IMG/VR virus record: IMGVR_UViG_2609459795_000004 | Length of the DNA stretch: 21,250 nt | From: a virus | Lineage: Duplodnaviria > Heunggongvirae > Uroviricota > Caudoviricetes | Direction: 5' to 3' (one strand) | Part shown: positions 9,333 through 20,848 of the stretch, piece by piece | Numbering within the stretch: position 1 is the stretch's first letter | How the letters are laid out: every line of letters begins with the position of its first letter | The notes under the pieces: generated by a model | Databases searched by the model: none | What the model saw: the letters and a program-made list of their open reading frames with translations, nothing else | What the model was told of the DNA's origin: nothing | Translations under genes and position numbers: made by a program

Positions 9333-10163
9333 ACCGGACTCCTCCTGCGATCCCTTCTGATACTGTCATCAGCATTACGTCATCCTCCGTCATGTCCGCC
9401 ACATCCGGGGAAGTAGGGATAACTTCATTCCCGTCCGGGCCAAAACGAACGCCTCCGGCAAGCCCTGCCGCTTTCTGCATCAGCACATCATCTTCAGGCT
9501 CTTCGTCAGCCTCGCGCCGGTTCAGCAGACTGAAATCCAGCGGATGCATCTCCGGATCGCTGAAAAACAGGCTGAGCACGGTGTACGTCAGCCCGGAAAA
9601 GTGCATATCCAGCAGAACATCATGAAAATAATGGGTACTGTAAAAGCGGTGCCAGTCGGCATACTCCGTGGATGACATCCCGGCAAGCATGGCGCGCCAG
9701 TCGGGTCGCCCCATCTCACGCGCCAGTTTCAGGGCAAAACTCAGCTCACCGTCGAACACTTTCCCGCAGAAACAGGCTCTGCAGGCCCGGCGTCCTCTGC
9801 CTGTTCAGGAGCATCATTCACCACAAACTCATACATACCGGACAGCCGGTACACCACGTTTTCAGCATGAGAAATTGCCTCTGTGGGCCAGGTGGTAAGC
9901 ACTTCCTGCTCAATCTGTTTAACGGCTTCATTCATGGAAGGCAGCTTTGTCTTCTTCGGATGGTTATGCCACAGGGACATCGCCACCAGAAACGCGCCGG
10001 TTCTGATGGCGTCTTCCACAGTAAACTTCCGGTTGCTGTCTGACTCCGCCTGTTCTGCCTGCCGTTTCATCAGGGCGAGATGCTCAATACGCTGCAGGGC
10101 TGACAGTTCAGAAAGCGTGACGGTCACACCGTTATGTTCAAATGATTCGGTTTTCAGGAACAT
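9325..10163 (-). CDS. T: Tail assembly chaperone G-T fusion, made by a -1 programmed ribosomal frameshift from the G frame into the T frame
   Basis: The T frame (..GKVFDGELSFALKLAREMGRPDW...) has no ATG of its own near its 5' end and begins inside the 3' end of G. The slippery heptamer G GGA AAG lies at 9765..9759 (minus strand), exactly where the frames overlap. Established for lambda gpG/gpGT. Confidence 0.85.
9741..10163 (-). CDS. G: Tail assembly chaperone G
   Basis: 140 aa, MFLKTESFEHNGVTVTLSELSALQRIEHLALMKRQAEQ..., matching lambda gpG in sequence and length. Starts 16 nt after the V stop. Confidence 0.92.
   Translation of the reverse strand: MFLKTESFEHNGVTVTLSELSALQRIEHLALMKRQAEQAESDSNRKFTVEDAIRTGAFLVAMSLWHNHPKKTKLPSMNEAVKQIEQEVLTTWPTEAISHAENVVYRLSGMYEFVVNDAPEQAEDAGPAEPVSAGKCSTVS
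9759..9765 (-). other. Slippery heptamer GGGAAAG for the G to G-T -1 frameshift
   Basis: Top strand CTTTCCC at 9759-9765, which is GGGAAAG on the minus strand. In the G frame it reads GCG GGA AAG (A-G-K of ...SAGKCSTVS); in the -1 frame it reads GGG AAA GTG TTC ... (G-K-V-F-D-G-E-L). Confidence 0.85.
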
Positions 10164-10178
10164 CGCTGACTCTCCGGA

Positions 10179-10919
10179 TTAACTGGCGGTGACGTTGATT
10201 TCTGCAACCGCAGCAAACTCACCATTACCAGATACGACCGGAATGTTGACCTTGCCTGCAGCAACACCTTTCACGGTGATGGTCATACCACTGACCGACA
10301 CGGTGGCTTTTGTTTTATCCGCAGACACCGCACGGAAGCTCTTGTCGGTTGCGCCCTCCGGCTGGAATGCCACGGTCAGCGTGGTGCTCTGCCCTTTCAC
10401 TACGGAAGCACTGGCGGGTGTCACCGTCATGCCGGTTGTCGCCGTCACAGTGCTGCGATCTTCTGCCATCGACGGACGTCCCACATTGGTGACCTTCACC
10501 GTGCGGGTGATCACTTCCTTCGCCGTCACCGCCTTACCGATACTGCTGACCCAGCCACGGAACACATCGACCGTGCCGTTCGGGAAGCGGATTTTATAGG
10601 CACGGGTATCGCCTTCATTAAACCACGCCAGCAGCGCCTGCTGCCCCTGCTCTCCGGGCATCCACGCCAGCGTGAAGCTGGTATCTCCGGCAGATTTCTG
10701 CCCCTGCCCGGTCGCAGTCCAGTCTGCATCTTCATCATCGAGATAGCTGTCGTCATAGGACTCAGCGGTCAGTTCGCCGGGCGTCAGGTCTTTAACTTTT
10801 GCCAGACGCGACCAGTCAACGTCTGAAAGCGGATTCGCATAAGGGTCACCGCTCCCCTTATAAACCCACAGGGTGGTCCCGGCACCTTTCACCGGCATTG
10901 TAGGATTTGGTACAGGCAT
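10179..10919 (-). CDS. V: Major tail tube protein V
   Basis: Matches lambda gpV from [33 protein letters not shown].... I chose the ATG at 10917-10919, which has a GAGGA ribosome-binding site 5 nt upstream and lies after the U stop; the track's start at 10949 is inside U. The C-terminal Ig-like region (...[18 protein letters not shown]) is present. Confidence 0.9.
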   Translation of the reverse strand: MPVPNPTMPVKGAGTTLWVYKGSGDPYANPLSDVDWSRLAKVKDLTPGELTAESYDDSYLDDEDADWTATGQGQKSAGDTSFTLAWMPGEQGQQALLAWFNEGDTRAYKIRFPNGTVDVFRGWVSSIGKAVTAKEVITRTVKVTNVGRPSMAEDRSTVTATTGMTVTPASASVVKGQSTTLTVAFQPEGATDKSFRAVSADKTKATVSVSGMTITVKGVAAGKVNIPVVSGNGEFAAVAEINVTAS

Positions 10920-10926
10920 AGCGTCC

Positions 10927-11322
10927 TCACATTTCATAGGTAATGACATAAGTCAGATCGGCTGAACTCCACAGGCCCGCATCATCGTCGCGCCGGTAGT
11001 CATAGCCGCTGGCCACCATACTGGTGATCAAATCTGACAGTGCCGGGATATCGCTCATCACCGGATAAATCCGGGACTCCATCCACGCATCCAGCTCTGA
11101 ATCCGGCACCTGAGCAGGCAGGAAAACTTCGATATGCAGCTCCGCCTGCCAGGTATCGCTGTCCAGCTCTTCGCCCGTGTATTCAGCGCCGGTGAGATAA
11201 ACGGCAACTGCCGGAAAATCCGCCTCATCAAAAACAGCGGGGCGACCATCAAAAAACGTCGCCCCGGTGTCATGCTTCTCCAGTGCATCCAGTACGGCTG
11301 CACGGAGTTCAGTATGTTTCAT
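10927..11322 (-). CDS. U: Tail terminator protein U
   Basis: 131 aa, [48 protein letters not shown]..., matching lambda gpU. Its start overlaps the Z stop by 4 nt. Confidence 0.93.
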   Translation of the reverse strand: MKHTELRAAVLDALEKHDTGATFFDGRPAVFDEADFPAVAVYLTGAEYTGEELDSDTWQAELHIEVFLPAQVPDSELDAWMESRIYPVMSDIPALSDLITSMVASGYDYRRDDDAGLWSSADLTYVITYEM

Positions 11323-11897
11323 CGCTTTATTACCATCCTCAGTTGATGCTGCAGCGCATAGCCCAGCTCTTTCGGAAGACGCTCACGCCGTATCCGCTCA
11401 ATATTCTGTTTAAACGCCGTGGTCAGCGGCACCGCCATCGGAATTTTCACCACATCAATGGGGTAACGATTTTTCCCGGCCACACGCTGCATAACATGCC
11501 AGCGGCCATTTTTCAGTTGCTGAATAAACGCGCCGGGAATACGACGGTTTCCCACCACAAGCACGCTGCCGCCACCTTTCAGGGATGAACGCTGCCCCTT
11601 TTTACGACGCCTGCGGCGCGAAAGGACAACCCGCGCATTACCCAGCTTGATTAGGGGCAAATCCCCCCGGTTAACTTTGATTCTGGCCTGCGGATTTTTG
11701 ACCGTGGCCCTTTTCAGCCTGGCCCTTTCCTTTACCAGTTTCCGGCGTACCTTTGTCTCACGGGCAACCTGTGACGCCGACTGCGATATCGCGGATGAAG
11801 CAACGCGGTTAATGGCCATTGCGGCGGCACCAGGCACCGCCGTTTTGCTGATACGGCTGAGGTTTTCAACGGCCTGCTCAAGACCTTTTATGGCCAT
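11319..11897 (-). CDS. Z: Tail completion protein Z
   Basis: 192 aa, MAIKGLEQAVENLSRISKTAVPGAAAMAINRVASSAISQ..., matching lambda gpZ in sequence and length. Confidence 0.93.
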   Translation of the reverse strand: MAIKGLEQAVENLSRISKTAVPGAAAMAINRVASSAISQSASQVARETKVRRKLVKERARLKRATVKNPQARIKVNRGDLPLIKLGNARVVLSRRRRRKKGQRSSLKGGGSVLVVGNRRIPGAFIQQLKNGRWHVMQRVAGKNRYPIDVVKIPMAVPLTTAFKQNIERIRRERLPKELGYALQHQLRMVIKR

Positions 11898-11908
11898 ACA
11901 TCCCCCTT

Positions 11909-12262
11909 TCAGCGGCGACGGTTAACGGCAGGCGGTACGCCCCGCCCAAGCCAGAGATGACAGCTTCCACCATCATCCGGCGAAACCCGGTCTATCCAGA
12001 AGTTTTCCTCACCGATGGTCAGCGTGTCTCCACGCCGCAGTTGCCGCACATCATCAGTCCGGACAAACAGGGACGGGCTGGAGCCTTCAACGCGTACGCC
12101 CTGTCCGGCATAGCTGATATTTTCAGGGTCATCAAAAACACCACGTATTACTGCGCCGGACTGCTCACCGGATGTCATGGTGGCTGACGTTCCCATGTAC
12201 CCGCGTATCGTTTCATCGGCGCGGGCAATGGCAGCATCGAACAGGTTATCAAAATCAGCCAC
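11909..12262 (-). CDS. FII: Head-tail joining protein FII
   Basis: 117 aa, MADFDNLFDAAIARADETIRGYMGTSATMTSGEQSGAVIRG..., matching lambda gpFII in sequence and length. Confidence 0.92.
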   Translation of the reverse strand: MADFDNLFDAAIARADETIRGYMGTSATMTSGEQSGAVIRGVFDDPENISYAGQGVRVEGSSPSLFVRTDDVRQLRRGDTLTIGEENFWIDRVSPDDGGSCHLWLGRGVPPAVNRRR

Positions 12263-12273
12263 AGCGCCTCCCG

Positions 12274-12669
12274 TTATTGCATTCTGGCCAGGCCACGTTC
12301 TGTCATTTCGGCTGCCACACCGGCAGAGACACGAAACGCCGTTCCCGGCAGCACAAATGCCACAGGTTCATCCCGCGTGGCGTGAAGTGCATCGGTATGC
12401 AGCGTCACCAGTGCCACAACCGTGACCAGAGCAGCCGTATCAGTCACGGTATCCGTCTGTGCTGATACCACCTCATTTTCATGTCCGGTCAGCGCATTTT
12501 CCGGTCTGAGAGGGGTATCCTGACCGGCAGCGTCATCCGTGTCATCAAGCTCTTCTTCCAGCTCTGCCACACGGAGCGCCAGTTCTTCTTTCGTCCCCGT
12601 CAGGCTGACATCACGGTTCAGTTGCTCACCCAGCGACCGGAGACGGGCAATCAGTTCATCTTTCGTCAT
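12274..12669 (-). CDS. FI: DNA packaging / head assembly protein FI
   Basis: Matches lambda gpFI from MTKDELIARLRSLGEQLNRDVSLTGTKEELALRVAELEEELDD.... I chose the ATG at 12667-12669, which has a GGAGGAG ribosome-binding site just upstream; the track's 12708 start adds 13 unsupported codons. Confidence 0.9.
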   Translation of the reverse strand: MTKDELIARLRSLGEQLNRDVSLTGTKEELALRVAELEEELDDTDDAAGQDTPLRPENALTGHENEVVSAQTDTVTDTAALVTVVALVTLHTDALHATRDEPVAFVLPGTAFRVSAGVAAEMTERGLARMQ

Positions 12670-12710
12670 GGACTCCTCCACAGAGAGAAAATGGCCCCGA
12701 AGGGCCACGA

Positions 12711-13736
12711 TTACGCCAGTTGTACGGACACGAACGCATCAGGGTCAGCCAGCAGCATCAGCGGTGCTGACTGAATCATGGTGAACTCACGCGCCGGATC
12801 ACCGGTGGTCACCCAGTTTTTCGGGTAGCGGGCAGAGGCGTTAATGCCTTCGCGCTGTGCGTCCGCATCCTGAATGCAGCCATAGGTGCGCAGACCGCGT
12901 GCCTGAGTGTTCCCCAGCACCATCGTGTTGTCCGGCAGGAAGTTCTTTTTGACGTCGTTTTCCACGTACTGTCCGGAATACACGACGATCGCCACATCGC
13001 CATACATCCCCTTATAGGACACCGCTTCGCCCAGGTCTTTTACCGCTGTCTCCAGCTCGGAATTAGAGCCGCGACGGGTATCCAGCTTCTCCCTGACGGC
13101 TTTGAAGGAACGGAACAGCGCCCAGCCTTTCGGATCGAACACGATGATATTCACCACACCGCTGGCGTTCAGCGCGTAGGCTTCGATATCGTCGGTCGGG
13201 TCATACGTGGACTTGTCACGCTTGCTCCACTCCGTGCCGCCGGACTGTGTGATGTTGTTCGCCGCACTGCGGCCCATATCCACTTCAACCGGATCGAAGG
13301 CTTCACCGGTCATGGTGTATTTGCCCTTAAGCACGGCAGAAACTGCCTGCATCTCTTCGACCTGAGCAATGGCCAGCTCTTCGTCTCGCATGTTCTGCAT
13401 GATGATGCGACGGCGGCGGTAAGCCGGGTCCGCCAGATTCTGCGGATCTTCATCCGGCAGGCGACGCAGGGTCATCTGCGGATTCACCTCATGCTTCGGC
13501 TTGACATATCCCGGTGTAAATTCAGAGGTGGAGCCGCCACGGGAGCGGATAACCTCACCGGAAACAATCGGCGAAACGTACAGCGCCATGTTTACCAGTC
13601 CCGGAATTTGTGAGAGATAGACTTTCTCCGTGGTGAAGGGATAGCTCTCACGGAAAAAGAGACGCAGAAACAGCGGATCAAACTTAAATTTCTTCTCATT
13701 TGCCGCCAGCAGCTGGGCGGTTGTGTACATCGACAT
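12711..13736 (-). CDS. E: Major capsid protein E
   Basis: Matches lambda gpE (341 aa) from MSMYTTAQLLAANEKKFKFDPLFLRLFFRESYPFTTEKVYLSQIPGL.... Start ATG at 13734-13736; the track's upstream extension (MRLFLRDFF) is not supported. Confidence 0.93.
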   Translation of the reverse strand: MSMYTTAQLLAANEKKFKFDPLFLRLFFRESYPFTTEKVYLSQIPGLVNMALYVSPIVSGEVIRSRGGSTSEFTPGYVKPKHEVNPQMTLRRLPDEDPQNLADPAYRRRRIIMQNMRDEELAIAQVEEMQAVSAVLKGKYTMTGEAFDPVEVDMGRSAANNITQSGGTEWSKRDKSTYDPTDDIEAYALNASGVVNIIVFDPKGWALFRSFKAVREKLDTRRGSNSELETAVKDLGEAVSYKGMYGDVAIVVYSGQYVENDVKKNFLPDNTMVLGNTQARGLRTYGCIQDADAQREGINASARYPKNWVTTGDPAREFTMIQSAPLMLLADPDAFVSVQLA

Positions 13737-13749
13737 AAAAAAATCCCGT

Positions 13750-13770
13750 AAAAAAAGCCGCACAGGCGGC
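13750..13770 (-). other. D-E intergenic stem-loop followed by a U7 tract (terminator-like or mRNA-stabilising hairpin inside the late operon)
   Basis: Top strand A7 (13750-13756), GCCGC (13757-13761), loop ACAG, GCGGC (13766-13770). On the minus strand this is a 5-bp GC stem then UUUUUUU, 21 nt after the D stop and 13 nt before the E start. Confidence 0.5.
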
Positions 13771-13791
13771 CTTTAGTGATGAAGGGTAAGG

Positions 13792-14124
13792 TTAAACGAT
13801 GCTGATTGCCGTTCCGGCAAACGCGGTCCGTTTTTTCGTCTCGTCGCTGGCAGCCTCCGGCCAGAGCACATCCTCATAACGGAACGTGCCGGACTTGTAG
13901 AACGTCAGTGTGGTGCTGGTCTGGTCAGCAGCAACCGCAAGAATGCCAACGGCAGCACCGTCGGTGGTGCCATCCCACGCAACCAGCTTACGGGTGGAGG
14001 TGTTCAGCATCAGCGGGGTCATTGCAGGCGCTTTCGCACTCAATCCGCCGGGCGCGGTTGCGGTATGAGCCGGGTCACTGTTGCCCAGCGGCTGGTAATG
14101 GGTAAAGGTTTCTTTGCTCGTCAT
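13792..14124 (-). CDS. D: Capsid decoration protein D
   Basis: 110 aa from [40 protein letters not shown]..., matching lambda gpD. ATG at 14122-14124 with an AAGGGA ribosome-binding site upstream; the track's start two codons earlier is unlikely. Confidence 0.92.
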   Translation of the reverse strand: MTSKETFTHYQPLGNSDPAHTATAPGGLSAKAPAMTPLMLNTSTRKLVAWDGTTDGAAVGILAVAADQTSTTLTFYKSGTFRYEDVLWPEAASDETKKRTAFAGTAISIV

Positions 14125-14133
14125 AAACATCCC

Positions 14134-14739
14134 TTACACTGGTGTGTTCAGCAAATCGTTAACGGCATCAGATGCCGGGTTACCTGCAGCCAGCGGTGCC
14201 GGTGCCCCCTGCATCAGACGATCCAGCGCAGTGTCACTGCGCGCCTGTGCACTCTGTGGTGCAACTGCCAGAATGCGGCGGGCCGTTTCCACGGTCATAC
14301 CGGGGGGTTCGGCCAGCACGCGTGCCTGTTCTTCGCGTCCGTGAGCCTCCTCACAGTTGAGGATCCCCATAATGCGACTGTTTTCTGCCGCAACCGCTGC
14401 GGTGATCTGCGCGTTCACGTCCGGCTGCGCAGCGCTGGCGTTCTCGCCCTCCGTCGCTTGCACCACGCCAGTAACGTCAGCCTGCGAAGCAGTGGCTGAA
14501 ACAGTTGTTGATTGAGTCTCTTTGGTCATTCGCCCTCCTGAGAGACGGGATTTACGTGCATCCAGTGCATCACGCATGACGGTGATCGCATCGGTACTGT
14601 TAACAAGTTCATCAGCCAGTCCGGCATCAATGGCCTCCTGACCGCTGTACACTGCAGCCTCGGTATCCAGCACAGCCTGCACGGACAGGCCGGTATATGC
14701 CGACACCTTCTGTGCAAACATCCGGCGGGTTGCATCCAT
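14134..14739 (-). CDS. nu3: Scaffolding protein Nu3, an in-frame internal start within C
   Basis: Internal ATG at 14737-14739 (MDATRRMFAQKVSAYTGL...) in the C frame, giving a 201-codon product that shares the C stop. This is the nested C/Nu3 arrangement known for lambda. Confidence 0.75.
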   Translation of the reverse strand: MDATRRMFAQKVSAYTGLSVQAVLDTEAAVYSGQEAIDAGLADELVNSTDAITVMRDALDARKSRLSGGRMTKETQSTTVSATASQADVTGVVQATEGENASAAQPDVNAQITAAVAAENSRIMGILNCEEAHGREEQARVLAEPPGMTVETARRILAVAPQSAQARSDTALDRLMQGAPAPLAAGNPASDAVNDLLNTPV

Positions 14740-15433
14740 CCGGGACTGCAGTGTTTCCCGGACATCATCCGGTAGATGGCTGTAGGGGTTGCCATCCACC
14801 TTATGGCTGCCGCTGTAAATCAGCGTGATTTCCACGCCCTGTTTCTCCAGCGCAGCACCGTAATTACTGTGAGCCATCATGACGCCGATGGAGCCTGTCC
14901 GGGCGGTCTGCGTGACCAGACGTCGGGAGGCGGCGCTGGCAAGCAACTGACCTGCACTGCAGTTCATGTCGTTGGCCAGCGCCCATACCGGCTTTATGTC
15001 ACGCACACGGGCGATGATGTCAGCGCAGTCAAATGCCCCTGCCACCATCCCGCCTGGCGTATCCATATCGAGCAGAATGCCGTCCACCATCGGGTCGCTG
15101 GCAGCCTGTTGCAGACGGGCGATAATGCCGTTGTAACCGGTCATCCCCGAATACGGCTGCAGCGCTCGCGTCCGACTGACCAGCGTGCCGGACACCGGCA
15201 GCACGGCGATGCCGTTCATGACCTGATAACTGCGGGCCTGTCGTGGTCCGTCATCATCAACGGATAACGCCAGCGCCGCGGGTGCCTCTCCGGCAGTCAG
15301 GCTGTCGCCGGATACCGCATCCGTCAGGCGGCTGATCCCAAGCTGGCCTGCAAGCGCACAAAAGAAAACCCGCGCATAGGCGGGTTCAAGCATCAGCGGC
15401 TCATTAAAGGCCATACTGGCAATATGCGGGAGA

Positions 15434-15453
<20 letters not shown>
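14134..15453 (-). CDS. C: Capsid assembly protease C (S49/ClpP-like serine protease fused to a scaffold domain), GTG start
   Basis: 439 codons from GTG at 15451-15453 (..TAELRNLPHIASMAFNEPLMLEPAYARVFF...), with a GGAGG ribosome-binding site 7-9 nt upstream. Overlaps the B 3' end by 20 nt as in lambda. The track's longer 484-aa ORF starts inside B. Confidence 0.88.
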
Positions 15454-19134
<3,681 letters not shown>

Positions 19135-19160
<26 letters not shown>

Positions 19161-19680
19161 TCAGCAACCCCGGTATCAGTTCATCCAGCGCGGCTGCTTT
19201 GTTCATGGCTTTGATGATATCCCGTTTCAGGAAATCAACATGTCGGTTTTCCAGTTCCGGAAAACGCCGCTGCACCGACAGGGGGATCCCGTCGAGAATA
19301 CTGGCAATTTCACCTGCGATCCGCGACAGCACGAAAGTACAGAATGCGGTTTCCACCACTTCAGCGGAGTCTCTGGCATTTTTCAGCTCCTGTGCGTCGG
19401 CCTGCGCACGCGTAAGTCGATGGCGTTCGTACTCAATAGTCCCTGGCTGGAGATCTGTCTCGCTGGCCTGCCGCAGTTCTTCAACTTCCCGGCGCAGCTT
19501 TTCGTTCTCAATTTCAGCATCCCTTTCGGCATACCATTTTATGACGGCGGCAGAGTCATAAAGCACCTCATTACCCTTGCCACCGCCTCGCAGAACGGGC
19601 ATTCCCTGTTCCTGCCAGTTCTGAATGGTACGGATACTCGCACCGAAAATGTCAGCCAGCTGCTTTTTGTTGACTTCCAT
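19135..19680 (-). CDS. nu1: Terminase small subunit Nu1
   Basis: 181 aa, MEVNKKQLADIFGASIRTIQNWQEQGMPVLRGGGKGNEVLYDSAAVIKWYAERD..., matching lambda gpNu1, with the N-terminal winged helix-turn-helix that binds cosB. ATG at 19678-19680. Confidence 0.93.
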
Positions 19681-19689
19681 TGTTCATTC

Positions 19690-19857
19690 CACGGACAAAA
19701 ACAGAGAAAGGAAACGACAGAGGCCCAAAAGCTCGCTTTCAGCACCTGTCGTTTCCTTTCTTTTCAGAGGGTATTTTAAATAAAAACATTAAGTTATGAC
19801 GAAGAAGAACGGAAACGCCTTAAACCGGAAAATTTTCATAAATAGCGAAAACCCGCG
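19690..19857 (-). other. cosB, the terminase (gpNu1) binding region with R1, R2 and R3 elements and an intervening AT-rich IHF-type site
   Basis: Three copies of the GGAAACG core sit in the arrangement I recall for lambda R1/R2/R3: AAAGGAAACGACAG (about 19709-19722), its inverse CTGTCGTTTCCTTT (about 19746-19759), and CGGAAACGCC (about 19810-19819). An AT-rich block at about 19775-19800 lies between R2 and R3. The region is the reverse complement of the lambda left-end sequence as I recall it. Confidence 0.8.
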
Positions 19858-19869
19858 AGGTCGCCGCCC
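19858..19869. other. cosN, the 12-nt cohesive-end sequence (terminase nicking site) at the junction of the mature-genome left and right ends
   Basis: Top strand AGGTCGCCGCCC is the reverse complement of GGGCGGCGACCT, the lambda cohesive end. The flanking 19870-19900 (CGTAACCTGTCGGATCGCCGGAAAGGACCCG) is the reverse complement of the lambda right-end terminus as I recall it, which should include cosQ. Confidence 0.85.
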
Positions 19870-20068
19870 CGTAACCTGTCGGATCGCCGGAAAGGACCCG
19901 CAAAATGATAATAATTATCATCTACATGTCACAACGTGCATCTACGCCATCAAACCACGTCAAATAATCAATTATGACGCAGGTATCGTATTAATTGATC
20001 TGCATCAACTTAACGTAAAAACAACTTCAGACAATACAAATCAGTGACACTGAATACAGGGCAACCTC

Positions 20069-20302
20069 ATGTCAACGAAGAACAGAACCCGCAGAACAAC
20101 AACCCGCAACATCCGCTTTCCTAACCAAATGATTGAACAAATTAACATCGCTCTTGATCAAAAAGGGTCCGGGAATTTCTCAGCCTGGGTCATTGAAGCC
20201 TGCCGCCGGAGACTGTGCTCAGAAAAAAGAGTTTCTCCTGAAGCAAACAAAGAAAAGAGTGACATTACTGAATTGCTCAGAAAACAGGTCAGACCAGATT
20301 GA
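20069..20302 (+). CDS. Small basic hypothetical protein (77 aa), possibly a ribbon-helix-helix DNA-binding protein; accessory ORF just right of cos
   Basis: ATG at 20069-20071 with a 77-codon frame. The N-terminus is Arg/Thr-rich (MSTKNRTRRTTTRNIRFPNQMIEQINIALDQKGSGNFSAWVIEACRRRL), with a pattern of a short strand then two helices that suggests an Arc/CopG-like fold. The fold is my inference from the sequence. Weak ribosome-binding site. Confidence 0.5.
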   Translation: MSTKNRTRRTTTRNIRFPNQMIEQINIALDQKGSGNFSAWVIEACRRRLCSEKRVSPEANKEKSDITELLRKQVRPD

Positions 20303-20359
20303 AGCAATTTAGATAATCGTGCAGACTACGCCCCATCATATCACATGGAAGGTACTACA

Positions 20360-20770
20360 ATGGCTCAGGTTGCCATTTTTAAACAAATATTCGATAAAGT
20401 GCGAAATAATTTAAACTATCACTGGTTTTATTCTGAACTAAAACGTCACAATGTCTCACATTACATTTACTATTTAGCCACAGAGAATATTCATCTTGTT
20501 CTTGAAAACGATAATACGGTTTTAATAAAAGGACAGGGTAAGGTTGTAAATGTAAGATTTTCAAAAAATAAATGCCTTATAGAAGCCACCTTAAAAGGAT
20601 TCAAATCAGGAGAGTTATCATTTTACGAATACAGGAAAAATCTTGCTACAGCAGGGGTTTTCAGATGGATTACAAATATCCACGAAAACAAAAGGTATTA
20701 CTATACCTTTGATAATTCATTACTATTTACTGAGAACATTCAGAACACTACACAAATATTTCCGCACTAA
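20360..20770 (+). CDS. AT-rich hypothetical protein (136 aa), resembling the YbcV-type small prophage proteins found near the packaging genes of lambdoid prophages; function unknown
   Basis: ATG at 20360-20362 preceded by GGAAGG with a 7-nt spacer; the track's start at 20345 lacks a ribosome-binding site. The gene is visibly AT-rich and stands out from the GC-rich structural module. [45 protein letters not shown]... resembles E. coli DLP12 YbcV as I recall it. No signal peptide or transmembrane segment. Confidence 0.6.
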   Translation: MAQVAIFKQIFDKVRNNLNYHWFYSELKRHNVSHYIYYLATENIHLVLENDNTVLIKGQGKVVNVRFSKNKCLIEATLKGFKSGELSFYEYRKNLATAGVFRWITNIHENKRYYYTFDNSLLFTENIQNTTQIFPH

Positions 20771-20848
20771 ATCATAACGTCCGGTTTCTTCCGCGCCAGA
20801 ACCGGACTCGCTGGCATGATGAAATATGTGTACTCGGTAACCCCGGTG

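Noticed and set aside
10920-10949. Track start for V at 10949 ([10 protein letters not shown]...)
   Set aside because: It would overlap the 3' end of U. Lambda gpV starts at MPVPNPT, the ATG at 10917-10919, which has a GAGGA ribosome-binding site.
19796-20047. Plus-strand ORF (83 aa) spanning cosN and the right-end terminus
   Set aside because: It crosses the cohesive-end cleavage site, so it would be split in every packaged genome, and it overlaps the cis-acting cosB/cosN/cosQ elements. Its first part is also AT-rich non-coding-like sequence. It is most likely non-coding.
20379-20564. Minus-strand ORF (61 aa) inside the AT-rich accessory gene
   Set aside because: It is fully embedded antisense in a better-supported plus-strand gene and has no start signals.
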